Source: Candidatus Poribacteria bacterium
Lineage (GTDB): Bacteria > Poribacteria > WGA-4E > WGA-3G
NCBI GenBank assembly: GCA_965205015.1
Contig: OZ242029.1
Coordinates: 5,312,001-5,376,000, forward strand
DNA length: 64,000 nt
Direction: 5' to 3'
Below are positions 46,869 through 55,547 of this stretch, piece after piece. The translations under genes and the position numbers were made by a program. Under the pieces are notes generated by a model. It did no database searches. It worked only from the letters and a program-made list of their open reading frames with translations, and was not told where the DNA came from. Position 1 is the stretch's first letter. Each line of letters starts with the position of its first letter.

Positions 46869-47411
46869 TTGACACTCGGAGAGCTTTTTAATCTTTGTCA
46901 GGATATTGAACTGCGGCAAGCGAAACTCTATGCTTCTCTCTCATTACATTTGGGAAGTGTTGACGAACGGATCGCACGATTTTGGGAACAGATGAGCACG
47001 GAAGAGTGGCAGCACTACATTCTCGTGGATTTCGGACGTTCTTTGTGCATTGATACATTTGGAATTGATTCGCCTGTGACGGAGGTATCCGATGTCCCGG
47101 TTCATCAAATTACGGACGCCCTGGATGCACACGAACAGAAGATCGGTAGTGGGGAGATTTCGCTCGATGAAGCCTTTGAGATTGCGATCGCAATTGAGGG
47201 AAGTGAGGCGGATACTATCTATATGTATCTCCTCTCTATCATGAGAAAGGCAATCGAGCAGAGCGATCAACCCTATCTGATCGACCGGATTGTGCAGGTG
47301 GAGAAGGACATGGTGTCACACGTAGATGGGTTGGTCAAGGCGACACAGAGATTTGCGAAGGATAACGACCTGATTCGGAAGGCACATCGTCTAAAAGCAG
47401 AACACGGTTAA
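46869..47411 (+). CDS. Ferritin-like (rubrerythrin-type) protein
   Basis: E...LY, EEWQH, IEGSE, H; TTG start after AGGAG. Confidence 0.65.
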   Translation: MTLGELFNLCQDIELRQAKLYASLSLHLGSVDERIARFWEQMSTEEWQHYILVDFGRSLCIDTFGIDSPVTEVSDVPVHQITDALDAHEQKIGSGEISLDEAFEIAIAIEGSEADTIYMYLLSIMRKAIEQSDQPYLIDRIVQVEKDMVSHVDGLVKATQRFAKDNDLIRKAHRLKAEHG

Positions 47412-47451
47412 ACTCTGGGAAAGGTTGTAACCTCGGTGCAATGGATAGGCA

Positions 47452-48408
47452 CTACGAGTGCTGCGCGTTGCACAAGAGGTTCCCTGCTTGCGCACACGCG
47501 ACCTGTTCTAACTGTAAAGTGGTGTGGTTGATACCAAAGTGGGTCTTCAGTTCCGCGTTAATCTGTTCGATGATCTGGTCAGGGGCTAAGGTTGTATTTT
47601 CGTCGACCACAACGTGTGCGCTCAGTGCTGAATAGTTAGAACAGAGCGACCAGGTGTGCATATCGTGGACCTCTTTGACGGGTTCTAAATTGCGGAGATG
47701 TGTCGCAACGGTGTGCGCGTCTGCATTCCGCGGCGAGTTTTCAAGCAAGATATGCACGGCTTCTCTTGTCACGTTCACCGCGCCGAAAAGAATAATCCCA
47801 CCGATAAGGAAACTCAGCAGCGCGTCAATCGGGTGCCATCCTGTCCAGAAGATAATCGCGCCTCCGACAACGACCGCGACTGAGGAGAGGGTATCCCCTA
47901 TCACATGGAGCATCGCACTCCGCACGTTGAGATTGCCGTGCCACTCCTTGTTACTACCACCGTGCAGCTGCCATAAGATGATAAGGTTGCCTACGCATCC
48001 GAGACACGCCACAATAAACATCCCTGTCACTTTTATCTCTGTCGGCGACAGGTACCGTTGGTAGGCTTCGTAGAAAATCCAGCCGGAGATCCCGATAAGC
48101 GACACGCCATTGACAAAAGCCGCAAAGACTTCTGCGCGATGATACCCGTAAGTTCGAGAGGGGGTCGCCGGACGTGTCGAGAGATAAATCGCCAGCCAAC
48201 TAATCAGTAGCGAGAAGACATCCGACATGACATGCACCGCATCGCTTAACAGTGCCAGACTCCCCGACCAGATGCCGCCGATGAGTTCGCCGAGGAAGAC
48301 GCAAAACGTGATAAGCACAGCGAACTTGAATTTCTTCTGGAGATGTGTTTGATGGCTATGTGTATGTCCATCGCCAGGGTCGTGATGGGCGTGACTGTGA
48401 TTGTGCAC
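47452..48408 (-). CDS. Cation diffusion facilitator (CzcD/ZitB-like)
   Basis: His-rich N-terminus, SLALLSDAVH..SD, YGY.R.E, LN.RSA.LH..GD, HD.H.W, HTTLQ.E; GTG start after GGGAG. Confidence 0.92.
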   Translation of the reverse strand: MHNHSHAHHDPGDGHTHSHQTHLQKKFKFAVLITFCVFLGELIGGIWSGSLALLSDAVHVMSDVFSLLISWLAIYLSTRPATPSRTYGYHRAEVFAAFVNGVSLIGISGWIFYEAYQRYLSPTEIKVTGMFIVACLGCVGNLIILWQLHGGSNKEWHGNLNVRSAMLHVIGDTLSSVAVVVGGAIIFWTGWHPIDALLSFLIGGIILFGAVNVTREAVHILLENSPRNADAHTVATHLRNLEPVKEVHDMHTWSLCSNYSALSAHVVVDENTTLAPDQIIEQINAELKTHFGINHTTLQLEQVACAQAGNLLCNAQHS

Positions 48409-48475
48409 AGCGTCTCCCTTTAAAAGTAGTAGGCACACGCCGTTGTGCCGAAACGCTACTATGGTTCGTTTGCTT

Positions 48476-48787
48476 CTAATCGGTGGACGTGCTCTTGGAT
48501 TCGCTACTTGTATCGGTTTTCGTTTCTTTTTTCTCGCCTTTATCCGATGACGTGCTTTTGCCTGATGACTCGCTTTTATCCTTCTTCGCTGATTCTTTAT
48601 AGCCGTCACTTCGGTAGTCTGTAATATAGAATCCGGAGCCTTTGAAAATCAATCCTGCACCTGCTCCGATGAGCCGCTTCACCTGACCACTGCACTCTGG
48701 ACATTCCTCGATTGCGGGAGCGGTAATGCCCTGAAACCGCTCGAATCGGTTGTCGCATGCGAGACACTTATACTCGTATGTGGGCAT
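48476..48787 (-). CDS. FmdB family zinc-ribbon protein
   Basis: MPTYEYKC..C, CPEC, FKGSGFYITDY, Ser/Lys-rich tail. Confidence 0.92.
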   Translation of the reverse strand: MPTYEYKCLACDNRFERFQGITAPAIEECPECSGQVKRLIGAGAGLIFKGSGFYITDYRSDGYKESAKKDKSESSGKSTSSDKGEKKETKTDTSSESKSTSTD

Positions 48788-48993
48788 ATAGAGTTATCCC
48801 CCTTTTGGATGTATTTTGCGGACAAAACTTCTTTTTCCATGTAGGAGCGAGTGTTTTTGCTTGGGTATTTCCCCACGCTCGCGACCTCTGACTGTCGGAA
48901 TAAAAAGGTTGTTGATAAAAAGATCGTATTCTGATAAATTTTAATCGTTCCACGTACGAAAGTCAAGCAAATTTTTTCGCATTGGAGTTTTTT

Positions 48994-50352
48994 ATGTTTC
49001 GCCTTCCTATTGATTCTGAGAGTTTCCCGCTCGGCAAGGGACCGATGGTCATGCTCATTCTGTTTCTTGTCTCTACGCTTTTCATCTTCGGGCGTTCCGA
49101 GGAGGCGGGTGAGAAGCTCGAATTCTGGATTTTCGCCAACACGCACTACGAGGAATACCAAGCACGCGTGCCTATCTTTGAGGCGCAGAATCCAGGGGTT
49201 AACGTCCAACTCATCAATTTCGGCGGCACGATGCATGATAAACTCCTCGCTGCAATGTTGTCCAACTTCGGTGCCCCCGATCTCGTTGAGGTTGAGATTA
49301 CATCCATCGGTCGGTTTCTCAAAGGGGCAATTGACGAAGTCGGCTTTGTTGATCTCCGTCCACGTTTGGAGCGTGAAGGGTGGATGGAGAAGTTGGTTGT
49401 GAGTCGGTTCACCCCCTGGTCCTACCGGGGTCGGATTTACGGCATTCCACACGATTTACATCCCGTCGTACTCCTCTACCGAGATGACCTCTTTAAAGCC
49501 GCTGGTGTTGAGATGACAGAGGTTGAGACATGGGATGACTTCATCGCTGCCGGAAAGAAAGCGACACGCGATCTCGATGGTGATGGTAGAATTGACCAGT
49601 ACGCAATCGTGTTAGACCGACGCACGGAGAGCGACTATTTCAGTCTACTCCTCCAACAGGGCGGGGGATTTTTCGACGAAGCGGGCAACGTCATTATCGA
49701 CAGTGAACTTGCGATTGAGACGTTGGAATTTTTCACGGCGTTGTTCAATGAACATAAAATTGCGACCCCGGTGTACGGCACATGGCACGGCGATCCGAGT
49801 AATTTTGCCGCGATGCAGGATGGCAAGATTCTCTCTATTCTCTCACCCGATTGGTACGTCGGTATTCTCAAAAGCCAGGTGCCGCAGATGTCTGGTAAAT
49901 GGAAGGCGATCAGCATGCCGGCGTGGTATCCCGGTGGTAGGCGGACCACGACGCGCGGTGGCACGATGATTGGGATTACGAAGCAGTCCAAAAACCCAGA
50001 TCTCGCATGGGAAGTCCTCAAGTTTACCTATTTTGACAGACCCGGTCTTGTCAACCGATACGAGACGACCCGAATTATTCCGCCGCTTAAATCGGCATGG
50101 GATGCACCTATCTTTAAGGAGCCTGATGTCTACTTGGGGGGACAACCGCTTGGCGAGCTGCTTATCGAACTGGCACCTGATATGCCGCCGCGTTATCAGA
50201 ATCCGTACTGGTCAGAGGGGGCGGATCTGCTCAACGATGCAATTTTCGCGGCTGTCACCGAGAAACAGACACCCAGAGAGGCATTAACCGATTTGGCAGA
50301 GAAGGTCCGAGCACTGATTGCCAAAGACAGGGGTAGATGGGGAGACATGTAG
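48994..50352 (+). CDS. Carbohydrate ABC transporter substrate-binding protein
   Basis: APDL, YGIP.D....LLYR.DLF..AG, TWDDF, GG, AW..L. Confidence 0.85.
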   Translation: MFRLPIDSESFPLGKGPMVMLILFLVSTLFIFGRSEEAGEKLEFWIFANTHYEEYQARVPIFEAQNPGVNVQLINFGGTMHDKLLAAMLSNFGAPDLVEVEITSIGRFLKGAIDEVGFVDLRPRLEREGWMEKLVVSRFTPWSYRGRIYGIPHDLHPVVLLYRDDLFKAAGVEMTEVETWDDFIAAGKKATRDLDGDGRIDQYAIVLDRRTESDYFSLLLQQGGGFFDEAGNVIIDSELAIETLEFFTALFNEHKIATPVYGTWHGDPSNFAAMQDGKILSILSPDWYVGILKSQVPQMSGKWKAISMPAWYPGGRRTTTRGGTMIGITKQSKNPDLAWEVLKFTYFDRPGLVNRYETTRIIPPLKSAWDAPIFKEPDVYLGGQPLGELLIELAPDMPPRYQNPYWSEGADLLNDAIFAAVTEKQTPREALTDLAEKVRALIAKDRGRWGDM

Positions 50353-50530
50353 TTTCTCAAGCGGCATTTCTTGATAGAACTTTAACCTAAAGTCCTTAGC
50401 ATTGAGACGGCGAAGTATTTAAAAGGTCGTCCAGAGAAGGGAGTTTGAAACGAAGTGGAAAGCGGTTCTCCGGAGAGGAACCTGAAAACCCTAACCTACC
50501 TGACCGAACCGCAAGGTAAAATTAAAAATT

Positions 50531-51430
50531 ATGAGAAGAAAACGCACAACGAACCTGTTTTGGAACCAACAACAGAAAATCGCTCCCTATCTTTTTATCG
50601 CTCCATTTTACCTGCTGTTCGTCATTTTTATGGGCTATCCGCTCATTTCGTCGCTCGTGATGAGCCTTTATGAAATGCGTGGGTTCCAAAGTCGGATATT
50701 TGTTGGCATCGGTAACTTCACGGATCTGTTCCGAGACCCAATCTTCTGGAAATCGCTAAAGAACACTGCCTATTTCGCCGCAGGCACCCTCACCCTCCAA
50801 TTGCCGATTGCCTTATTGTTAGCGATTCTGCTTAACTCCAAGTTTGTCAAGGGGAAGAATGTCCTGCGTCTCGCCTTTTTCGCACCCGTCCTCGTCGCCG
50901 GTGTCTTCGTTGCGATTATTTTCAACCTCGTCTATGATCAACGGGCGGGCTTAGTTAACCAGGAATTCGTTCTCTTTGGCAAAGAGATCGGTTGGCTGAA
51001 TGAGGAGAAGTATGTGATGCCAGCAGTTATCCTCACCGGCGTTTGGCAATGGGCGGGGTTCAATATGATCTATTTTTTGGCGGGGTTACAAGGTATCCGA
51101 CAGGAGTTATATGAAGCGGCAGCGGTCGACGGTGCGAACTGGTGGCAGGCGTTCCTCCATGTCACACTCCCATCTTTGCGACCCGTGATAGCCTTCGTTT
51201 TCGTCGTTTCCATGATAGGCTCGCTCCAACTCTTCGACCTTCCGTTCATTTTAACGAACGGCGGTGAACCCGCGGATGCCGGCTCGACGATCGTCATGTA
51301 TCTCTACAAAAACGGGTTTCAGTTCATGCGTCTCGGCTATGCGGCGACAATCGGATGGGTGCTGTTTTTCATTATTGCGGTTATCTCAATTGTCCAACTG
51401 AAATTGCTCGGTATTTTCCGAGATGAATAG
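50531..51430 (+). CDS. Carbohydrate ABC transporter permease
   Basis: YLFIAP, VG..NF, LAGLQ.I..ELYEAA.VDGA (EAA motif). Confidence 0.93.
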   Translation: MRRKRTTNLFWNQQQKIAPYLFIAPFYLLFVIFMGYPLISSLVMSLYEMRGFQSRIFVGIGNFTDLFRDPIFWKSLKNTAYFAAGTLTLQLPIALLLAILLNSKFVKGKNVLRLAFFAPVLVAGVFVAIIFNLVYDQRAGLVNQEFVLFGKEIGWLNEEKYVMPAVILTGVWQWAGFNMIYFLAGLQGIRQELYEAAAVDGANWWQAFLHVTLPSLRPVIAFVFVVSMIGSLQLFDLPFILTNGGEPADAGSTIVMYLYKNGFQFMRLGYAATIGWVLFFIIAVISIVQLKLLGIFRDE

Positions 51431-51490
51431 GAGTAAGCACACGCCGTTGTGCCGTCAGGATAGGAGTAGGCACACGCCGTTGTGCCGTCA
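51427..51490. repeat. Two-copy direct repeat (33-bp period) of a GTAG-type REP
   Basis: ATAGGAGTA(A/G)GCACACGCCGTTGTGCCGTCA x2; same core at 48429-48450. Confidence 0.8.
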
Positions 51491-51508
51491 ACTCTGGAAG
51501 GAAAAACT

Positions 51509-52216
51509 TTGAAAATACTACCCGCCATCGATCTACGCGGTGGCAAGTGTGTAAATTTAGTGCAGGGTATCGCGTCGCAGGAGACGATCTTCTCGGACGC
51601 ACCTGTGGAAATGGCGTTGCGATGGCAAGCCGAGGGGGCGGAATACTTGCACCTCGTGGATCTGGATGGCGCGTTTCAGGGTGAATCGGCGAACCTCCAC
51701 ATCGTCAGCGAAATCGTAGCTGCGCTTGAGATTCCTGTCCAGCTGGGCGGTGGTATCCGCAGCATGGAGCAATTAAAAGCGGTTCTGGCGTTGGGCGTGG
51801 ATCGCGCCATTTTAGGCACGGTTGCACTCAAACAACCGAGTTTAGTAAAACAGGCGTGTACCGAATACGGCGCGCGTGTCACCGTCGGCATTGACGCCAG
51901 AGATGGAAGGGTCGCCACGGACGGGTGGTTAGAGGTCTCCCAAAAATCTGCTGTCGAATTTGCCGTAGAGTTATCAGACGTCCAAACGCTTATCTACACC
52001 GACATCAAAAGCGATGGCATGCTCAAGGGACCCAATGTTGACGCAACCGCTGATATGATTGATGCCGTATCTGCGGATGTAATTGCTTCGGGTGGGGTCA
52101 CGTCGCTGGCTGACATTAAGGCTTTGAAGCAGATCGGTGCCAGCGGCGCGATTATCGGGCGCGCGCTATATACCGGTGACCTCGCGCTGTCGGATGCGAT
52201 TGCTACCGCGCGTTAG
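51509..52216 (+). CDS. hisA: ProFAR isomerase
   Basis: PAIDL..GKCV.L.QG, HLVDLDGA, GGGIR, TDI..DGML.G, ASGG, GRALY. Confidence 0.95.
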   Translation: MKILPAIDLRGGKCVNLVQGIASQETIFSDAPVEMALRWQAEGAEYLHLVDLDGAFQGESANLHIVSEIVAALEIPVQLGGGIRSMEQLKAVLALGVDRAILGTVALKQPSLVKQACTEYGARVTVGIDARDGRVATDGWLEVSQKSAVEFAVELSDVQTLIYTDIKSDGMLKGPNVDATADMIDAVSADVIASGGVTSLADIKALKQIGASGAIIGRALYTGDLALSDAIATAR

Positions 52217-52243
52217 AGAAACATAACTTGGGTAGATAGAGTA

Positions 52244-53410
52244 TTAGAGATCACCCACGCCAGTCACAACGCCGAATCCGATTCGCCCCCCCATCTTTTT
52301 TACTTCAAACCGTGTGCCAACCTCCATCACCAAGGGTAGATCAAGCGTAAGAGAGACGTGTGCATAAGTCCCTGGTGTAAAAAGCGAAAGTCCTTGCGGA
52401 AGTTTTAGATGCGCTGGCATGTCGATACCCCATAGATAGATATCAGGTCTGTCGTTTTCGATGAGCGGGATATGTGTCCCGCTCTCTTCGTGTGTCAGCA
52501 GATAGATGAGCGCCGTAAATTCGGAATGTGATTTGACGGTCTTTGGGGCGCAAAGTACCTGTCCAATGGACAGCCAGTCGGGTTCGGATTCGACGCACAC
52601 TTCATCTTCCTGTATGCTGAGAACCCGCGTTTTAATCCTGTCCCCTTTACCCACAATGTCCACTGCTTGTCCGACAGCGAGGTGTCCCTGCACAATATCG
52701 CCACGGACGGATACGCTTTCTTTGGTTTCCTCAGTGATTTCATGGATCGGCATGATAAGCGGTAACCGGGCGGTATCCACAGGCGCAGGCATTGCCCGAT
52801 TCATGGCGAAGATAAGGTCAACAATCGGTTGCCACTGCGTGGAGGTGATACTGTGTCCCTTGTAGGTTAATGCCTTGCCCGCGTCTCCAACGGTTATTGG
52901 GGTGGTCTCTTCATTCCAGCCACACGCGTTCAGAAGTTCTGCCATCTCCTGTTGGCAAATGTCTATGAGTTCATCGTCATTCGGGATACCACCTGTGTTC
53001 AGAAAGGAGAGCACTGTCGGGAGGTGCATCTGGCTGGCAAGACGGAGATGTGCTTCGGAATCAGGTGTGATCCCCTCGACCGCATTTACGATCCAAATCG
53101 CGCCTTGGATTGCAGGCGAACCGCTGACCAGCATTTTGACAACGTCGATGTGTGTCTCGCAATCGATGTGAGTATAAAGTTTACCGCTGGTTTCATACGA
53201 TATTGCGCGGTAGGTGATGCCAACCCCTTCTCGGATGGGGTGACTGGTCGGGGTTTGTGCCTCAAAGTCGCCATCTCCGTTGGTATGGATCGCACCGATT
53301 CTCGCGACAACTTTCGCTATCGCCGTTGTCAACGTTGTTTTGCCGTGTCCATCCGCACCGAGGGTACAGATAGGCAACCTGTTATGTGTATTTTCTTTTC
53401 GCTCTGTCAT
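52244..53410 (-). CDS. Divergent EF-Tu-like protein with degenerate GTPase motifs
   Basis: Collinear with all three EF-Tu domains: GHGKTTLT.AI, GIT, Y.HIDC, DELI, GQVL..P, YLL..E.G.H.P, RF...G.GVV. Confidence 0.85.
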   Translation of the reverse strand: MTERKENTHNRLPICTLGADGHGKTTLTTAIAKVVARIGAIHTNGDGDFEAQTPTSHPIREGVGITYRAISYETSGKLYTHIDCETHIDVVKMLVSGSPAIQGAIWIVNAVEGITPDSEAHLRLASQMHLPTVLSFLNTGGIPNDDELIDICQQEMAELLNACGWNEETTPITVGDAGKALTYKGHSITSTQWQPIVDLIFAMNRAMPAPVDTARLPLIMPIHEITEETKESVSVRGDIVQGHLAVGQAVDIVGKGDRIKTRVLSIQEDEVCVESEPDWLSIGQVLCAPKTVKSHSEFTALIYLLTHEESGTHIPLIENDRPDIYLWGIDMPAHLKLPQGLSLFTPGTYAHVSLTLDLPLVMEVGTRFEVKKMGGRIGFGVVTGVGDL

Positions 53411-53566
53411 CTCTTTTCTCCTGATCGATGTAATTTTTTTTCAATTTCCATTTCATTGTAGCATAAAATCAGGAATTGGGCAATAAAGGAAAAACTTGCC
53501 AAAGGGGCTAATGCGTGTTAGACTATTAACACTTACGGCTTAGTCCAAAACTCCGAAAATAAAAAA

Positions 53567-54073
53567 ATGTCAAACCAAAAAATCTATCAACGTAGCAAAC
53601 TTGCATCCATCCTTCAGCAAGCGAGAGCAGACGGCACCGTTGTTGTCACCACCAACGGTTGTTTTGATGTCCTACATTTGGGGCATCTCCGTTACCTTCA
53701 GGCAGCGCGTCAACTTGGGGATCTGCTCGTAGTAGCAGTTAACAGTGATAGTTCAGTCCGACACCTCAAGGGTGAAAACCGTCCACTCGTTCCTGAAGAG
53801 GAACGCGCGGAGATGCTCGCCGGGTTGGAATGCGTCGATTACGTCGTCATCTTTCCAGAGTTAACACCCATCTCCTTGCTTTCTGAACTCAAACCGAATA
53901 TCCACGTTAAAGGTGGCGACTATCAACTCGAACAACTCATCGAGAGGGAGGTCGTTGAGGCAAATGGTGGTCAGGTGATCGTCGGTTTGAACGTGCCGGG
54001 GAAGTCCACAACCCATCTCATCGAAGTGATATGTGAGCGATATAAAGGCACTGGTGCCGCAGACACGCCGTAG
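53567..54073 (+). CDS. D-glycero-beta-D-manno-heptose 1-phosphate adenylyltransferase (RfaE domain II-like)
   Basis: TNGCFDVLHLGH, NSD.SV..LKG..RP, KGGDY, STT. Confidence 0.9.
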   Translation: MSNQKIYQRSKLASILQQARADGTVVVTTNGCFDVLHLGHLRYLQAARQLGDLLVVAVNSDSSVRHLKGENRPLVPEEERAEMLAGLECVDYVVIFPELTPISLLSELKPNIHVKGGDYQLEQLIEREVVEANGGQVIVGLNVPGKSTTHLIEVICERYKGTGAADTP

Positions 54074-54123
54074 GGCAATTTTAGAATTAATAATGAGAGC
54101 ACTGAGGAGGCAATCATAACACA

Positions 54124-55494
54124 ATGCAGATAAACGATTCATTACGTCCCGCCGACCTAAAGCCGCAGATTGAGAGACTTTTTGAATGCTCAGGTCAAAA
54201 GATTTTAGCGATAGAAGACACATGGTCCCCCGAAAAAGGAACCCCCGTTTTTACCGTTGCTGGCACCTACACAACGCGCGGCTGGACCGAGTGGACACAA
54301 GGGTTTCAATTCGGCGCCGCGATCCTTCAATTTGATGCCACCGGCGATGCGCAGTTCCTTGAGATCGGTAGACGGAACACGATTGAGAAAATGGCACCCC
54401 ATGTGACACACATCGGTGTCCACGATCACGGTTTCAATAATGTCTCTACCTATGGTAACCTCCGGCGTTTGATGCGTGAGGATGTGATTCCGTGGAACGA
54501 TAGCGAGATGGATTTCTATGAACTCGCACTGAAAGCCTCCGCTGCCGTGCAGGCGAGTCGCTGGACGCGCATTAGTGATGGGACAGGATATATCGCTTCC
54601 TTCAACGGACCGCATTCACTCTTCTCAGACACTATCCGGTCTTTGCGAGCTTTAGGACTTGGGCATACCCTCGGCGCCGTGCTAATGGGTGAGGGGGATG
54701 TCGCTATCAGTCTGCTGGAACGTTTGCTCCAACATTCGCAGGCCACTGCAAACTATAACGTTTATTACGGCGAAGGACGTGATGCATTCGACCTGCGTGG
54801 ACGGGTGGTGCATGAATCTATCTTTAACACGAACGATGGAAACTATCGTTGTCCAAGCACGCAGCAGGGGTATTCACCCTTTACAACGTGGACCCGCGGG
54901 CTGGCATGGATTGTTACGGGGTACGCCGAGCAACTTGAGTTTTTTGACACGCTACCTGCAGATATGCTTGAACCTTACGGTGGATATGAACTGGCGACAG
55001 CACACATGCGCAAAGCCGCGGAAGCCACTGCGGATTTCTATATTGAGAACACAGCACAAGATGGGATTCCGTATTGGGATACCGGTGCGCCCGGTTTAGC
55101 AGAACTCGGCGATTATTTAACAGTCCCCGCGGATCCCTATAACGATCTTGAACCTGTGGATAGTTCCGCCGCGGCGATTGCGGCGCAAGGCTTGATTCGA
55201 TTCGGCAACTATCTCAGAAAGCATGGCGAGTCGGAGGCTGGAGATTCCTATTATCAAGCAGGTTTAACGGTCGCGAAGACGCTCTTCGCTGAACCGTATC
55301 TCTCTGAATCCGATACGCATCAAGGGTTGTTGTTGCATTCGGTATATCACCGTCCGAATGGATGGGATTATGTGCCGGAGGGCAGGAAGATTCCGTGTGG
55401 CGAGGCTTCCATGTGGGGGGATTACCATGCCCGCGAACTCGCAGTCCTCTTATGGCGGGAGATAAACGAAAAGCCGTATTTGACGTTTTTCTAA
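54124..55494 (+). CDS. Glycoside hydrolase family 88-like protein
   Basis: WTQGF, HDHGF, TWTRGLAW, PYWD, DSSAAAI, WGDY. Confidence 0.85.
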   Translation: MQINDSLRPADLKPQIERLFECSGQKILAIEDTWSPEKGTPVFTVAGTYTTRGWTEWTQGFQFGAAILQFDATGDAQFLEIGRRNTIEKMAPHVTHIGVHDHGFNNVSTYGNLRRLMREDVIPWNDSEMDFYELALKASAAVQASRWTRISDGTGYIASFNGPHSLFSDTIRSLRALGLGHTLGAVLMGEGDVAISLLERLLQHSQATANYNVYYGEGRDAFDLRGRVVHESIFNTNDGNYRCPSTQQGYSPFTTWTRGLAWIVTGYAEQLEFFDTLPADMLEPYGGYELATAHMRKAAEATADFYIENTAQDGIPYWDTGAPGLAELGDYLTVPADPYNDLEPVDSSAAAIAAQGLIRFGNYLRKHGESEAGDSYYQAGLTVAKTLFAEPYLSESDTHQGLLLHSVYHRPNGWDYVPEGRKIPCGEASMWGDYHARELAVLLWREINEKPYLTFF

Positions 55495-55547
55495 TAATGA
55501 TCTTCCGTTTGTAGTAGGACGATTCATCGCCCGTAGGAGCAACAACA

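Noticed and set aside
47452-48609. Long basic N-terminal extension on the CDF transporter, and similar extensions in the ORF track for msrB, the gldF-like gene, DUF1015, the hydrolase and coaE
   Set aside because: They overlap neighbouring genes, promoters or repeats; downstream starts with RBS fit the families. infA differs in having no alternative start.
51427-51490. Possible CRISPR repeat pair
   Set aside because: Only two copies about 2 bp apart, with no spacer; same core at 48429.
52244-53410. Annotation as canonical tuf or selB
   Set aside because: G3/G4 motifs are broken and divergence is far beyond normal EF-Tu; no SelB C-terminal winged-helix extension.
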